Shown: piece by piece, positions 1 to 10,985 of the stretch
Position numbering within the stretch: the first letter of the stretch is position 1
Layout of the letters: each line of letters begins with the position of its first letter
Origin: Ochotona princeps
Taxonomy: Eukaryota
Direction: 5' to 3'
DNA length: 64,000 nucleotides
Assembly (NCBI RefSeq): GCF_030435755.1
Contig: NC_080837.1
Coordinates: forward strand, 45,011,563 to 45,075,562
The notes under the pieces: model-generated
Told to the model about the DNA's origin: nothing
Databases searched by the model: none
The model's input: only the letters and a program-made list of their open reading frames with translations
Program-made: the position numbers and the translations under genes

Positions 1-100
1 TAACACAAGTTCCCTTCTCAATGAGATTCTTGAAATACGCAGAGAGTGAAAAAAAATCTGGGTTATACTCACGTCTCTCTCACTCATTAATTTAAGGCCC

Positions 101-1045
101 ATGAACAGGTCAGCAACACACCTTGTGACCGAGTTTGTTCTGCTGGGATTCCCTGGTGACTGGAAGACACAAATTTTCCTCTTCTCGTTGCTTTTGGTGA
201 TTTACATCTTGACACTGCTTGGAAATGGAGCCATCGTCTGTGCAGTGAGGTGGGACTCACGTCTGCATACCCCTATGTACTTTTTGCTGGGAAATTTTGC
301 CTTCTTGGAGATCTGGTATGTTTCCTCCACGGTCCCCAATATGCTAGCCAACATCCTCTCTGAGACCAAGGCCATCTCATTTTCCAGGTGCTTCCTCCAG
401 TTCTATTTCTTCTTTTCACTGGGCACAACTGAATGTCTTTTCTTAGCAGTAATGGCTTATGATCGGTACCTGGCCATCTGCCGCCCACTGCACTACCCCA
501 CCATTATGACCGGGAGGCTATGTGGCCTGCTGGTGTCTTTCTGCTGGCTCATTGGATTCCTTGGGTACCCAGTTCCCATTTTCTTTATCTCCCAACTCCC
601 CTTCTGTGGTCCGAATGTCATTGATCACTTCCTGTGTGATATGGATCCACTGATGGCTCTGTCTTGCGCTCCAGCCCCAATCACTGAATCTGTTTTCTAC
701 ACACAGAGCTCCCTTGTCCTCTTTTTCACTGTTCTGTACATTCTGCGTTCCTACGTCCTCTTGCTCAGAGCTGTTTTTCGAGTACCTTCTGCAGCTGGCC
801 GGCGAAAGGCCTTTTCTACCTGTGGTTCTCACTTAGTTGTGGTGTGTCTTTTCTATGGAACAGTCATGGTAATGTATGTGAGTCCTACGTATGGCATCCC
901 AACTTTGATGCAGAAGGTCCTCACACTGGTGTATTCAGTCATGACTCCTCTCTTTAACCCCCTGATCTACAGTCTTCGTAATAAAGACATGAAACTTGCC
1001 CTGAGAAACGTCCTGTTTGGAATGAGAGTTTGTCAAAAATCATGA
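101..1045 (+). CDS. OR11H4: Olfactory receptor, class II, family 11 subfamily H-like (OR11H4 ortholog candidate); single-exon, intact 314 aa
   Basis: Uninterrupted 945-nt ORF with OR hallmarks: N-terminal NRS glycosylation site, LHTPMYFLL, MAYDRYLAICRPLHY, KAFSTCGSHL, PLFNPLIYSLRNK. The family-11H assignment rests on synteny (immediately upstream of TTC5, as in human) and the FLEIWY / CRPLHY motifs. Confidence 0.85.
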   Translation: MNRSATHLVTEFVLLGFPGDWKTQIFLFSLLLVIYILTLLGNGAIVCAVRWDSRLHTPMYFLLGNFAFLEIWYVSSTVPNMLANILSETKAISFSRCFLQFYFFFSLGTTECLFLAVMAYDRYLAICRPLHYPTIMTGRLCGLLVSFCWLIGFLGYPVPIFFISQLPFCGPNVIDHFLCDMDPLMALSCAPAPITESVFYTQSSLVLFFTVLYILRSYVLLLRAVFRVPSAAGRRKAFSTCGSHLVVVCLFYGTVMVMYVSPTYGIPTLMQKVLTLVYSVMTPLFNPLIYSLRNKDMKLALRNVLFGMRVCQKS

Positions 1046-1524
1046 GCCAAATATATGCCATACTTCCAGATTCTAGAAGAATATTGTGGAGAGATATCAG
1101 TTCTTTCACCTTCATGTCTCAGTCCGAGTTATTAGCAGTTACACATATTTTAACAGAAAATATGTATAGACTAAATGCATTTTTTCGTATTGACTCAACC
1201 CTTGCACTTGTTTCCAACATCCAGTGAAATTTTCTTAAAGCTATCCTTATTGTGATGAAAAGCTGTCATTACTATATGAGATTCCCTCCTGCTGAAATGG
1301 CCCATCATTACAATATCCCCCACTGTTGCAACAAAACAAACCCTGCTTTATTCAACTGCAGGTGGGTTCCTGGTAGCCTTTGTGTAATAGGTGTCAACAT
1401 GCAATATTCTGCATATTGTATGTCCTCAGATTGTGTTCTTAATATTTTTACCTCAATTTTTTACTTTACATATGCAATTGTCACAAATTCAAGCAATCAG
1501 AAATGATGGAAAATGATGGAATTT

Positions 1525-1852
1525 CGGAGACAGCACTATAGCTCAATTGGCTAATCCTCTGCCTGCAAGTATCAGTATTCCATATGGGCACCGGTTCATG
1601 TCATGGCCACTCCACTTCCCATTCAGTTCCCTGATGTGGCAGAGGATGGCCCAAAGCCTAGGGACCCTGCACCAGCATGGGAGACCTGGAAGAAGCTTCT
1701 GGCTCCTGGTTTTGGATTGGCTCATCTCTGGCTATTGTGACCATTTGAGGAGTGAACCAGCAGATAGAGGATCTTTCTCTCTATCTCTCCTTTTCTCTGT
1801 AAATCTTCCTTTCCAATATAAATAAATAAATCTTTTTAAAAAATAGTGGATT
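1525..1852 (+). mobile_element. CSINE (rabbit C-repeat SINE), + orientation
   Basis: tRNA-like head, ...ccatatgggcaccggttcatgtc..ctccacttcccattcag..., A-rich aataaataaatcttttt tail. Confidence 0.8.
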
Positions 1853-2749
1853 TTCCAACTTTACTACCATTTTAACCCATATTCCTCTCTGCTCCTCAGA
1901 GTTAATATATTTAAATCCTTCTGCCTTGCATTCAACATATTCCACAATATGCTACCACTGAAACTAGCTTTTCCTATCACTTCCTAATATAAACCCTCAG
2001 CTCTAGTTACGCCAGTCATTTTATTCTAATGTATATCACCGTGGCTCCTTTTCTTGACTGTGCTTTCAACCTAGAGAATCTCACATCATTTTTTATTGTG
2101 CAATTTAAGAAATGTTAACACTTAGATGCTTAAAGTCTGACGCTTTAAGATGATCATAATTATGTCTGTAAGAATGTCACAAGGATTAAATGTGATTATT
2201 TACATAAGGGCCATAGCACAATAAGAGGTATATGGGAAGTTCTGAGTATATGTTTATGCCACTGTGTTTTCTATCTTTCAAATATGACTACGAATGGGTT
2301 TCTGGTTATCTTTAAAATTTTTGTCATTCTCATCAAAGCCTATATTCTTATGATTAACTTACTTTTTATTTATTTTAAATTTGTTATTTTTACTATTGAC
2401 TACACAATTGAGAGGGAGGCATACCATGTGAGCCTCTAGTAGGGTCAGATACCGAGGAAGGTGGGTGGGACATGGATTTCGAGCTTGTTTGTTTGTTTGT
2501 TTGTTTCTTCTCTTGTGTCCACAAGAGAGCAGGGGAAGGGGGTTATTCCTTGCTGCCAAACTGTAGCAGCACCTGGAGATGGGGGTGGTCGTTTGATGAC
2601 ACCTTAGAAACCCTGATGTGGAGAAAAAGTGTTCCGACAATGTTACGTGAGTGGCTTTGATAGTTCTGAGCAGTGGTTTCATTTCTCCAAGTTTGAGAGA
2701 ATCTTTCTAAGATCTTTTGCTTGACAAAATCCACCTTAGTGCATCCACA

Positions 2750-4450
2750 GACCCAAGAACAACATGCTACAGTGCTTGGCTGGGAAAGCTGTCCAACCTG
2801 TTCTGCATTCCATCCTCTGATGAGGACATTGATGTCCCTTGCCTGCCTAGATGAGCTGACCATCATGTCTTCTGTGTGCATCTGGGCATGCTGTCCACTG
2901 CACAGGCATCAGCAGCTGAGGAGGCCCAGTCCTGATACATGCACCCCAAGGTTGGACCACACGTTCTGTGACTTTCTCTGTGGCCAAGATCTGCTCCTGC
3001 AGTTTAGTTGGAGAGTCCCCCAAGAAACATTGCCTGTGATGACCTCAGACTTGACTCTGTGTGTGCCAGCTAGTACAGAGTCAGATGTAGTCTGTCACCT
3101 GCACCAGCCAATGAATACAACAGTGGATGCAGCTGCCTGGTCAGTTCCACCCCAGCCCCATCTCTCCTGCAAACTGATGGAGTCCTGTAGTTGAGCCCAG
3201 TCAGCCTGCCACAGACCCCATCCTTGTGCACACCAGCAAGTGCTGCAGCCTAGTCAGGGTGACCCCCAATATTCCCACCAAGCTGACCCCCAGACCATTT
3301 CTGCATACCTCTGTTGCAGCCTAACCTGGCCTGCCCATATCCCATGTGGTTCTCATGCACACACGTGTGTGCTGTGGCTTATCTCAGACCAACTCACCCC
3401 AAACTCGGCCCTCATGTATGCAGACAGGTGCTGCCACCTTGTCCAGCCTGGCCCACCCCCAGCCCTGATTATGTGCTCACCAGCAATAGGTATAGCCTAC
3501 CAGGGAACTGTTCGCCGTTCCCCTGGCAAGCATGTTCTCAGTCCTAGATCTTGAGCCTGTCAGGGGGTACTGCAGTCTGGCCTGACATGACTCACAGTCC
3601 CAGCACTTGCGCACTGATGTTGCAGCCTAGCCCAGCTGGTCCACACCCATTCTGGCTCTCCTGTGTGCCAGTGGGTACAGCAGCTCAGTTCACCCCCAGA
3701 CTGACCTGCTCCCACCTCCTGACCTCTCATGTTCACCAGTGGAAGCCACAGCCCTGCAAGAGGTCCTTAAAGTTCCCCTGCCAGGCCTGATCCCAGCCCT
3801 GGTCTTGCACATGCCAGCGGTGCAGTGGACCAGTCTGAGATGGCCAGTCCCCAGTCTCAGCATTCACCAGTAGGTGGTACAGCCTGGCTCATCACGACCT
3901 GCTCCAATGCCAACTCTCAATGGCAGATGCAGCAGCCTAGCCCAGCCTGAGTCACCCCCAGCCGTCTTGTGAACTGGAAATTGTTATGGTCCAAGCAGGT
4001 CTGATCCGTACCTCATCCTGTCTCTCACTTGTGCCTGGCTCCTGTGAGTGTTAGGTGGATTCCTGTCAGATGAGTTCTGTGGTCCAGCCTGGATTGGCCC
4101 ATCACCACCCCCAGCTCTCCAAGCCAACCATTGGGTGCTACAGTCGTACAGAGGCAAGCCCACAAGTGCCCTACAGAATCTACCCCAGATCTGGTTCTCT
4201 CACATTCTGGTAGGTGCTGTGACTCAGCTTGATGTGGCCCACCCTCTGCACCGATACTTGTATGTGGGTACTGTGATCTAGCCCAGCCAGGCATGGCCTC
4301 CAGCATTTGTGTGCACCAATAGGTACACCAGGTAGGTGATGCTATTAAGCCCAGTCCAGTCTCCCATGTGGGTCGGTGCTTTGGCCTGACCCAGACATGC
4401 ATGAACTCCACGTTCCCTCCTCTAAACCACTCCCACTCAGCTCCCTTGGC
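2750..4450. repeat. Degenerate GC-rich tandem / satellite-like block
   Basis: Recurring motifs at ~100-190 bp spacing: tg(c/t)agcctag(c/t)ccagcctg, cacccccag, caccag(c/t)a(a/g)(g/t)ggtacagc, cctg...cctgacc. No coding signal. Confidence 0.5.
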
Positions 4451-5671
4451 TAACTGCGAGTGCAGTAGCCAGGTCTGTGGAAGACTCCAGAAGCCATTCC
4501 TTCCCTATCAAACATGTCTCAGCCACTCCCACTTCAATACATCTCCAGACCTCCTTCCCCAGACAATCTGCAGCTCCTTCTCCCTTGCCTGGGGTCCAGG
4601 GTGGTATATCCCAGCCTGGAGTTCCCCCCTTATCCACGTACCTTTAAAAAAAAAGAAGAAGAAGAAACAACTATGCTGGAATACTGATATAGTTAATACA
4701 AAGTTGGCATTAACCAAGTCCTGAATGCCTGCCAGCTATCGGCTGCTTTTCTCTCAGCAGTGTAATACTTGCCTAGGTACAACAGAACCTAGGCAGTAGC
4801 CTACAGCCTAAGGGGGGTTTCCTCAAAATCTTGAAAGCAAAACCATTGTATGATCTCATGATCTCATTCCTAGGGATACATAATTTTTAAAAAGTTGAAA
4901 TCAGGATATTGAATACATGCTGGCAATCCCATATTCACTACAGCATTATTTACAGCAGTTAAGACAAAGAAGGCATTCAAATATCCATAAATGGGGGATA
5001 GACTTTTTAATGTGGAACATGCATTCTGTGGAATATTCTCCAACCTAACAATTGAAGGAAATTCTGCCATCTGCAGAACACACAAGCCAGGACACAGGAC
5101 ACACACGACATATATGATGAATATAAAATGCTCAAACCTCCCAGAAGCAGAGTGGAACAGCAATTTCCTGCACTAAGGAAAAGGTAAAACAGTGGAGACT
5201 GACCAAAGCAACAAAATTTCAGTTATACAAGATAAGTCATAGAGCTCCGTGGTATGGCAATATGGTAATATAGTATAAGATTTCAAAGGTGAAGGTTAGG
5301 TTCTGGCACACATTGTAGCAATGAATCCATGAAATAAAGTGCCTGTTATTAAGTTATACCTCTTTTAATTTGAATTTTGCTTTCCAAAGAAATCTGGAAG
5401 CAAACAACAGTCCTTGGGACTAGTGTGGTAATGCCATAAGTTAAAGCTACCACCTGCAGAGCCAGCATCCCATATGGATCCTGATCTGAGTCATGGATGC
5501 ACCAATTCTGATCCAATTCCTTGCTGGTGCACCAGGGAAGGCAGTAAAAGAAGAACTAAGTATTTGGGTCCCTGCCATGTGGGAGATCCAGATGAAACTC
5601 CTGGCCCAGGTCCAGCCATTGTGGCCATTTAGGGAATTACCTTGCTGATGAAAGATATTTTTCTCCCTCAA

Positions 5672-5676
<5 letters not shown>

Positions 5677-5724
<48 letters not shown>

Positions 5725-5775
5725 CTCTCTTTCGCACGCTCTCTCTCTCTCTTTCTCTCTCTTTCTCTTTTTGTG
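5677..5775. repeat. (CT)n microsatellite, ~28 perfect units then imperfect
   Basis: ctctctctct... run read directly from the sequence. Confidence 0.95.
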
Positions 5776-6244
5776 AGTGCCTTTCAAACAAAATGAATGA
5801 ATCTTTGGCAGGGGATGGGGCACCCTATACAGATTTTCTTTTGGAAGGCACAATATAGCTTTCCTTACCCATTGGTTTTTCTGCCATCTACTGGTCACTG
5901 TGCAGCTGAGAAATCTGTAAGTATAAAAAAGGAAACACTCAGACCCACTCAGGCATAATATAGTAAAAAATTAACTAATTAACTGACCAGGAAAAACCCT
6001 CAGCTGTTCAATGTTAAATTTCTATCTAACCAGTACAGAAGACACTATGATCCTTCAGAAATCTGAAAATTGATCTACCATATGACTCAGCAATCCCATT
6101 CCTAGGAATTTGCCTAAAGGACATGAAACCAGGATATGAAAGAGTTATTTGTATCCCCATGTTTAGCGAGGCTGAATTAACCAGAGCTAAAATATGGAAT
6201 CAATCCAAATGTTCATCAACTGATGACTTTATAAAGAAAATTGG

Positions 6245-6935
6245 GGTATGCACTTGGCACAGTCATTTAGCAAACTAATCCTCCACCTGCAGCACCAGCA
6301 TCCCTTATGAGCATCAGTTCAGGTATCAGCTGCTCCACTTCTGATTCCGCTCCCTGCCTGTGGCCTGAGAAAGCAGAGGATGGCTCAGGTCCTTAGGTCC
6401 CCTCACCTGTGTGCAGACCCAGAAGAACTTCTGGCTTAAGATTGGTTCTGGCGGGCCCGGCGTGATAGTGTAGATTAAAGTCCTCGCCTTGAACCCGCCG
6501 GGATCCCATATGGGCGCTGGTTCTAATCCCAGCTGCTCCACTTCCCATCCAGCTCCTTGACTGTGCCTGGGAAAGCAGTCGAGGACGGCCAAAGCCTTGG
6601 GACCCTACGCCTGTGTGGGAGACCTGGAGGAGGTTCCTGGCTCCTGGCTCCTGGCTCTGGATCAGCACGGCACCAGCCATTGCACTCACTTTGGGGAGTG
6701 AATCATCAGAAGGAAGATCTTCCTCTCTATCTCTCCTCCTCTATATATATGTATCTGCCTTTCCAATAAAAATAAATAAATCTTTAAAAAAAAGATTGGC
6801 TCTGGCTATTGCAGCCATTTTGGGAGCAATTTAACAGATGGAAACTATTTCTCTTTCTCTCTTCCTCCTCCTTTCTCCAACCCTGTATATCTGCCTCTTA
6901 AATAAAAATGAACAAATCTTTTAAAAAAAAAAGTG
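6245..6935 (+). mobile_element. Nested SINEs: outer CSINE (6245-6440 + 6807-6935) interrupted by an inner CSINE (6453-6794) with 12-bp target-site duplication attggttctggc/attggctctggc
   Basis: Outer element resumes after the inner poly-A with ...tattgcagccattttgggagcaa...; the inner element has a gggcccggcg head, an (A)n tail and flanking direct repeats at 6441-6452 and 6795-6806. Confidence 0.75.
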
Positions 6936-7262
6936 GATGCCAGTGCAATGACATGGTGGGCTATTCATCCACCCGCAGCACTGGCATCCCACATGGGCAC
7001 GAGTTTGAGTCCTGGCTGCCCCACTTTTAAACCAGCTCCCTGTTTGTGGCCTGAGAGTTTAGAAGAGGATGGCTCGGGGATGTGGGCCTCTGCACCTATA
7101 TGGGAGACCTGGAAGGTGCTCCTGGTTCCTGGCTTCAGATCAGCTCAGCTCAGGCCATGACATCCATGGCATGCATTTGGGGAGTAAACCAGGGGATGAA
7201 GGATCTCTCTCTCTCTCTCTCTCCCTCCCTTTCTGTAATTCTTTCAAGTAAATATATAAACA
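6936..7262 (+). mobile_element. CSINE, + orientation
   Basis: Head ...gcactggcatcccacatgggcacgagtttgagtcctggctgccccac...; (CT)n/A-rich tail. Confidence 0.7.
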
Positions 7263-8877
7263 AGAAAGAAAGCAAGAAAAAAGAGGCAGGATTGAGGGAG
7301 GGAGAGAAGCATGGTTATCTTAGAATTAAAAGTGCAACAGGGAAATCTTTCAAAAGTAATATCTGAGCAGATACCCAATTGATAAGTGGAAATTATCTAA
7401 CTATTAGGTATAAAGAAGTGTGAAAGAAGTAATAACTTTTGCAAAGATCAAAATGAAAGTGAGTAAGCCTTCAGAAAACTAAAAGTAGTTCATTTTGATT
7501 GGAATATAAAAGTGTAATGTCAAAAGATGAAAAAAAGAAGTGAATCATGAGCCAGTTCTTTGAAGGTCACATAAATCAAGTAATGAACTATGGATTTTAT
7601 TCTTAGCTAAATGGAAAATGTTTGAGAGGAATTGTTCAAGAATTATATAATCATGCACAGTTGCAAAAGATTAATTCAACTACAGGATAAAGAACAATGT
7701 AAGGAAGAAAGGTCAAGATTAAAGGGATGGTCCAATTATAGAGTACTGCAGTAACCCCAAAAATACAGGGAGGTGACCCGATCCAGGGTGCTTCTCAAAG
7801 CTTGGTCCGCAATGAGAAAAGCACAGAAATTGAAAGGACACTTTTATAGCCATTCAATACTATTCTAATAGCCCAAAAAAGCAGTACATTCATGCACAAG
7901 GAAATATTATTCAACATCAAGAGAGAATTAAATCCTAACATTTGCAGAAACATGGCCAGAACTGACACCGAACACAGAAAGGTAATTACTGCCTCTTCTC
8001 TCTCAGATGCAAAAGTTTAAAAAAAAAAAAGTTCATCTGAGCTTAGAGTAGTGATTATCTCCAATAATCTGAGAGTAGAAGAATAAGCAGAGGTTGCATA
8101 AGGGCATAAATACAGTAAATAGAGAAGCAATGAGTCCAATCATTCCACAGCACAAGGAGGTATCTATAGTTCACTCCAACGTGTTATATACTGTATAAGG
8201 AAATGGAAGAGAGGATTCGGTATGTTCCTAACATTAAAAAAGTGAAACTGAAGTGCCAATTGCCTGATATAATTAGCTTACACTGCGTATGTCCGTTAAA
8301 ATATCACATGGCATCCCATAACAATGTACATGTGTTAATTACTAATAAGAAATCTTAAAAATTGGAAAATAGAACTAGGTTTAAAAGCAAATATCCAGTA
8401 CTCTATATGAATATTAGAATGTCTAGATCTTCTTCTAAAGTCATATTCAATTGTTAACCCTAAGAAAATATGCAATTGCTGAATCATTAGTAAAAAACTG
8501 CAAAAAAAAGTTTCTCATTAAAACTTAAATATATCAGTGCCAATGAAGATGACTTAATACCACTTCTTAATAACGCCATATCTCAATGTATTAAAGAACT
8601 AGACCAAAGAATAACGTTACTAAATTATTTTCAATGCAATTTGACGAATGCACAACTATTACTAAAGTAGAAGTTATTTTATCATATATGTTTAATTTAA
8701 ACATGATAATAAAAATAAAAGAAGAATTCTTTCTATCACCTTCATTCCCGACAGAACAATTTATTACCAGGGATATTGTTAACAGTTCTTAAATTGCTTC
8801 TGAATCATGTTCACATGCATAATGGAGTTGAACAAACAAGCAAATAGCTGGTGGATTATAGAAGCCATGTTACCCAC

Positions 8878-9185
8878 TTTTCATTTTTAAGATTTATTCA
8901 TTTTTTTATTGGAAAAGCAGACTTACAAAAAGGAAAGGAGAGAAAGATCTTCCATCCATTGATTCACTCCCCAAAAGCCCACAACGGCCGGAGCTGAACC
9001 ACCCTGAAGCTTTTCTGAGTCTCCCACACAGGTGCAGGATCCCAAGGCTTTGGGACATTTTGTCCTGCTTTTCCAGGTCACAAGCAGGGAGCTGGATGGG
9101 AAGTAGAGCAGCTGGGACACAAACCAGCACTCATATGGGATCCCAGCACAAGCAAGGCAAGGATTTAGCCATTGAGCCATCACTT
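8878..9185 (-). mobile_element. CSINE, - orientation
   Basis: Begins ttttaagatttattcattttttattggaaaagcagacttacaaa...; ends with the tRNA-like head on the complementary strand. Confidence 0.75.
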
Positions 9186-9351
9186 ATGTTTCTCACTTTT
9201 TGTTTCTGATGCTGTTGCAGCAATACAAGTTCAGCAGCCGAAAACTGGATTAATCATCTTAGAATCCTGGAGATCATAACCCTGAATGAGTCCCACCAAG
9301 CTAAAGCAAAGACATCAGCAGGATCTGGTTCTCTCTGGAGGGTCTACTTCT

Positions 9352-9690
9352 TTCTTTTTTTTTTTTAAGATTTATTTTATTTTCATTACAAAGATATACA
9401 GAGAGGAGGAGAGATAGAGAGGAAGATCTTCCGTCCGATGACTCACTCCACAAGTGGCCTCAACGGCCAGTGCTCCACCAGTCTGAAGCCAGGAGCCAGG
9501 AACCTCCTCCAGGTCTCCCACATGGGTGCAGGGTCCCAAGGCCTTGGGCCGTCCTCGACTGCTTTCCCAGGCCACAGGCAGGGAGCTGGATGGGAAGTGG
9601 AGCAGCTGGGATTAGAACCAGCGCCCATATGGGATCCCGGCGGGTTCAAGGTGTGGACTCTAGCCGCTAGGCTGCGTTGCGGGACCTGTG
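9352..9690 (-). mobile_element. CSINE, - orientation
   Basis: (T)n aagatttattttatt ... ccatatgggatcccggcgggttcaagg ... tagccgctaggc. Confidence 0.8.
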
Positions 9691-10134
9691 GAGGGTCTGT
9701 TTCTTTTGACACTCTAGCCTCAGGAGATGACCTGCATTGCTTATCTAACAGCCTCATCCTCCATCTTCAAATCTAGCAGCATAATCTCTTACAGTCTTAA
9801 CCTAATCTCTCTCTTCCCACTCTCCTCTTTCAGTTACCACATTGCCTTTTAACCTCTTGCCTTCCTCTTATAAAGACCCTTGCAATTACATCAGCCCACC
9901 CATATAATCCGAGATAACATTCCCCATTGCAATATTGTTCACTTATTGGTGCATGCTAAGTTTCAATCATCATGTAAGATAACACGTTTATGAGTTACAG
10001 ATGTTGGGATGTGAACATTTCTTGAAGAATACTTTTAAGGACCACATTTTTGAATAGAGAAGTTATAATTAAGCAAGAAAATAAGACAAGAATGAGATCT
10101 CTATTATTTTCCAGAGTCAACAATATTACTACAG

Positions 10135-10483
10135 GGCCCGGTGGCATGGCCTAGCGGCTAAAGTCCTCGCCTTGAAAGCCCCGGGATCCCATATGGGCGC
10201 CGGTTCTAATCCCGGCAGCTCCACTTCCCATCCAGCTCCCTGCTTGTGGCCTGGGAAAGCAGTCGAGGACAGCCCAAAGATTTGGGACCCTACACCCGCG
10301 TGGGAGACCCGGAAGAGGTTCCTGGTCCTGGCATCGGATTGGCGCGTACCAGCCCGTTGCGGCTCACTTAGGGAGTGAAACATCGGATGGAAGATCTTCC
10401 TCTCTGTCTCTCCTCCTCTCTGTATATCCGGCTTTCCAATAACAATAAAATCTTAAAAAAAAAAAAAAAAGAAAGAAAAAAAA
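10135..10483 (+). mobile_element. CSINE, + orientation, flanked by perfect 16-bp target-site duplication aacaatattactacag (young insertion)
   Basis: Direct repeats at ~10118-10133 and 10484-10499; element has a gggcccggtggcatggcctagcggctaaagtcctcgccttgaa head and a long (A)n tail. Confidence 0.85.
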
Positions 10484-10647
10484 AACAATATTACTACAGA
10501 CTCATGTTCAACAGATATATTAATGAGTAAATTAAAAATGTGTATACATGACTTTGTATATAAATATATATTATGCAGCCCTATCTACAAAAATTGTTAT
10601 AAACAATGGTAACCTGGTGACAATGAGCACACTCAAATCATGATTTC

Positions 10648-10985
10648 TTTTTTTTTTTAAGATTTATTTATTTTTATGGGAAAAAATAGATTTACAGACA
10701 GAAGGAGAGACAGAGAGAGAAAGATCTTCCATCTTCTGGTTCACTCCCCAAGTGAACGCAATGGCCAGTGCTGAGCCAATCCAAACCAGGAGCCAGGAGT
10801 TTCTCCCGGGTCTCCCACGCCAGTGCAGGGTCCCAAGGCTTTGGGCCACCCTCTACTGCTTTCCCATGCCACAAGCAGGGAGCTGGATGGGAAGTGGAGC
10901 AGCTGGGATACGAACTGGCACCATATGGGATCCTAAGCATGCAAGGCAAGGACTTTAGTCACTAGGCTATCATGCTGGGCCCTGA
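10648..10985 (-). mobile_element. CSINE, - orientation
   Basis: (T)n aagatttatttatttttatggg ... tagtcactaggctatcatgctgggccc. Confidence 0.8.

Noticed and set aside
7260-8900. AT-rich 1.6-kb stretch that might be an L1 ORF2 fragment
   Set aside because: I could not recognise diagnostic L1 motifs by eye. Left unannotated; needs RepeatMasker.
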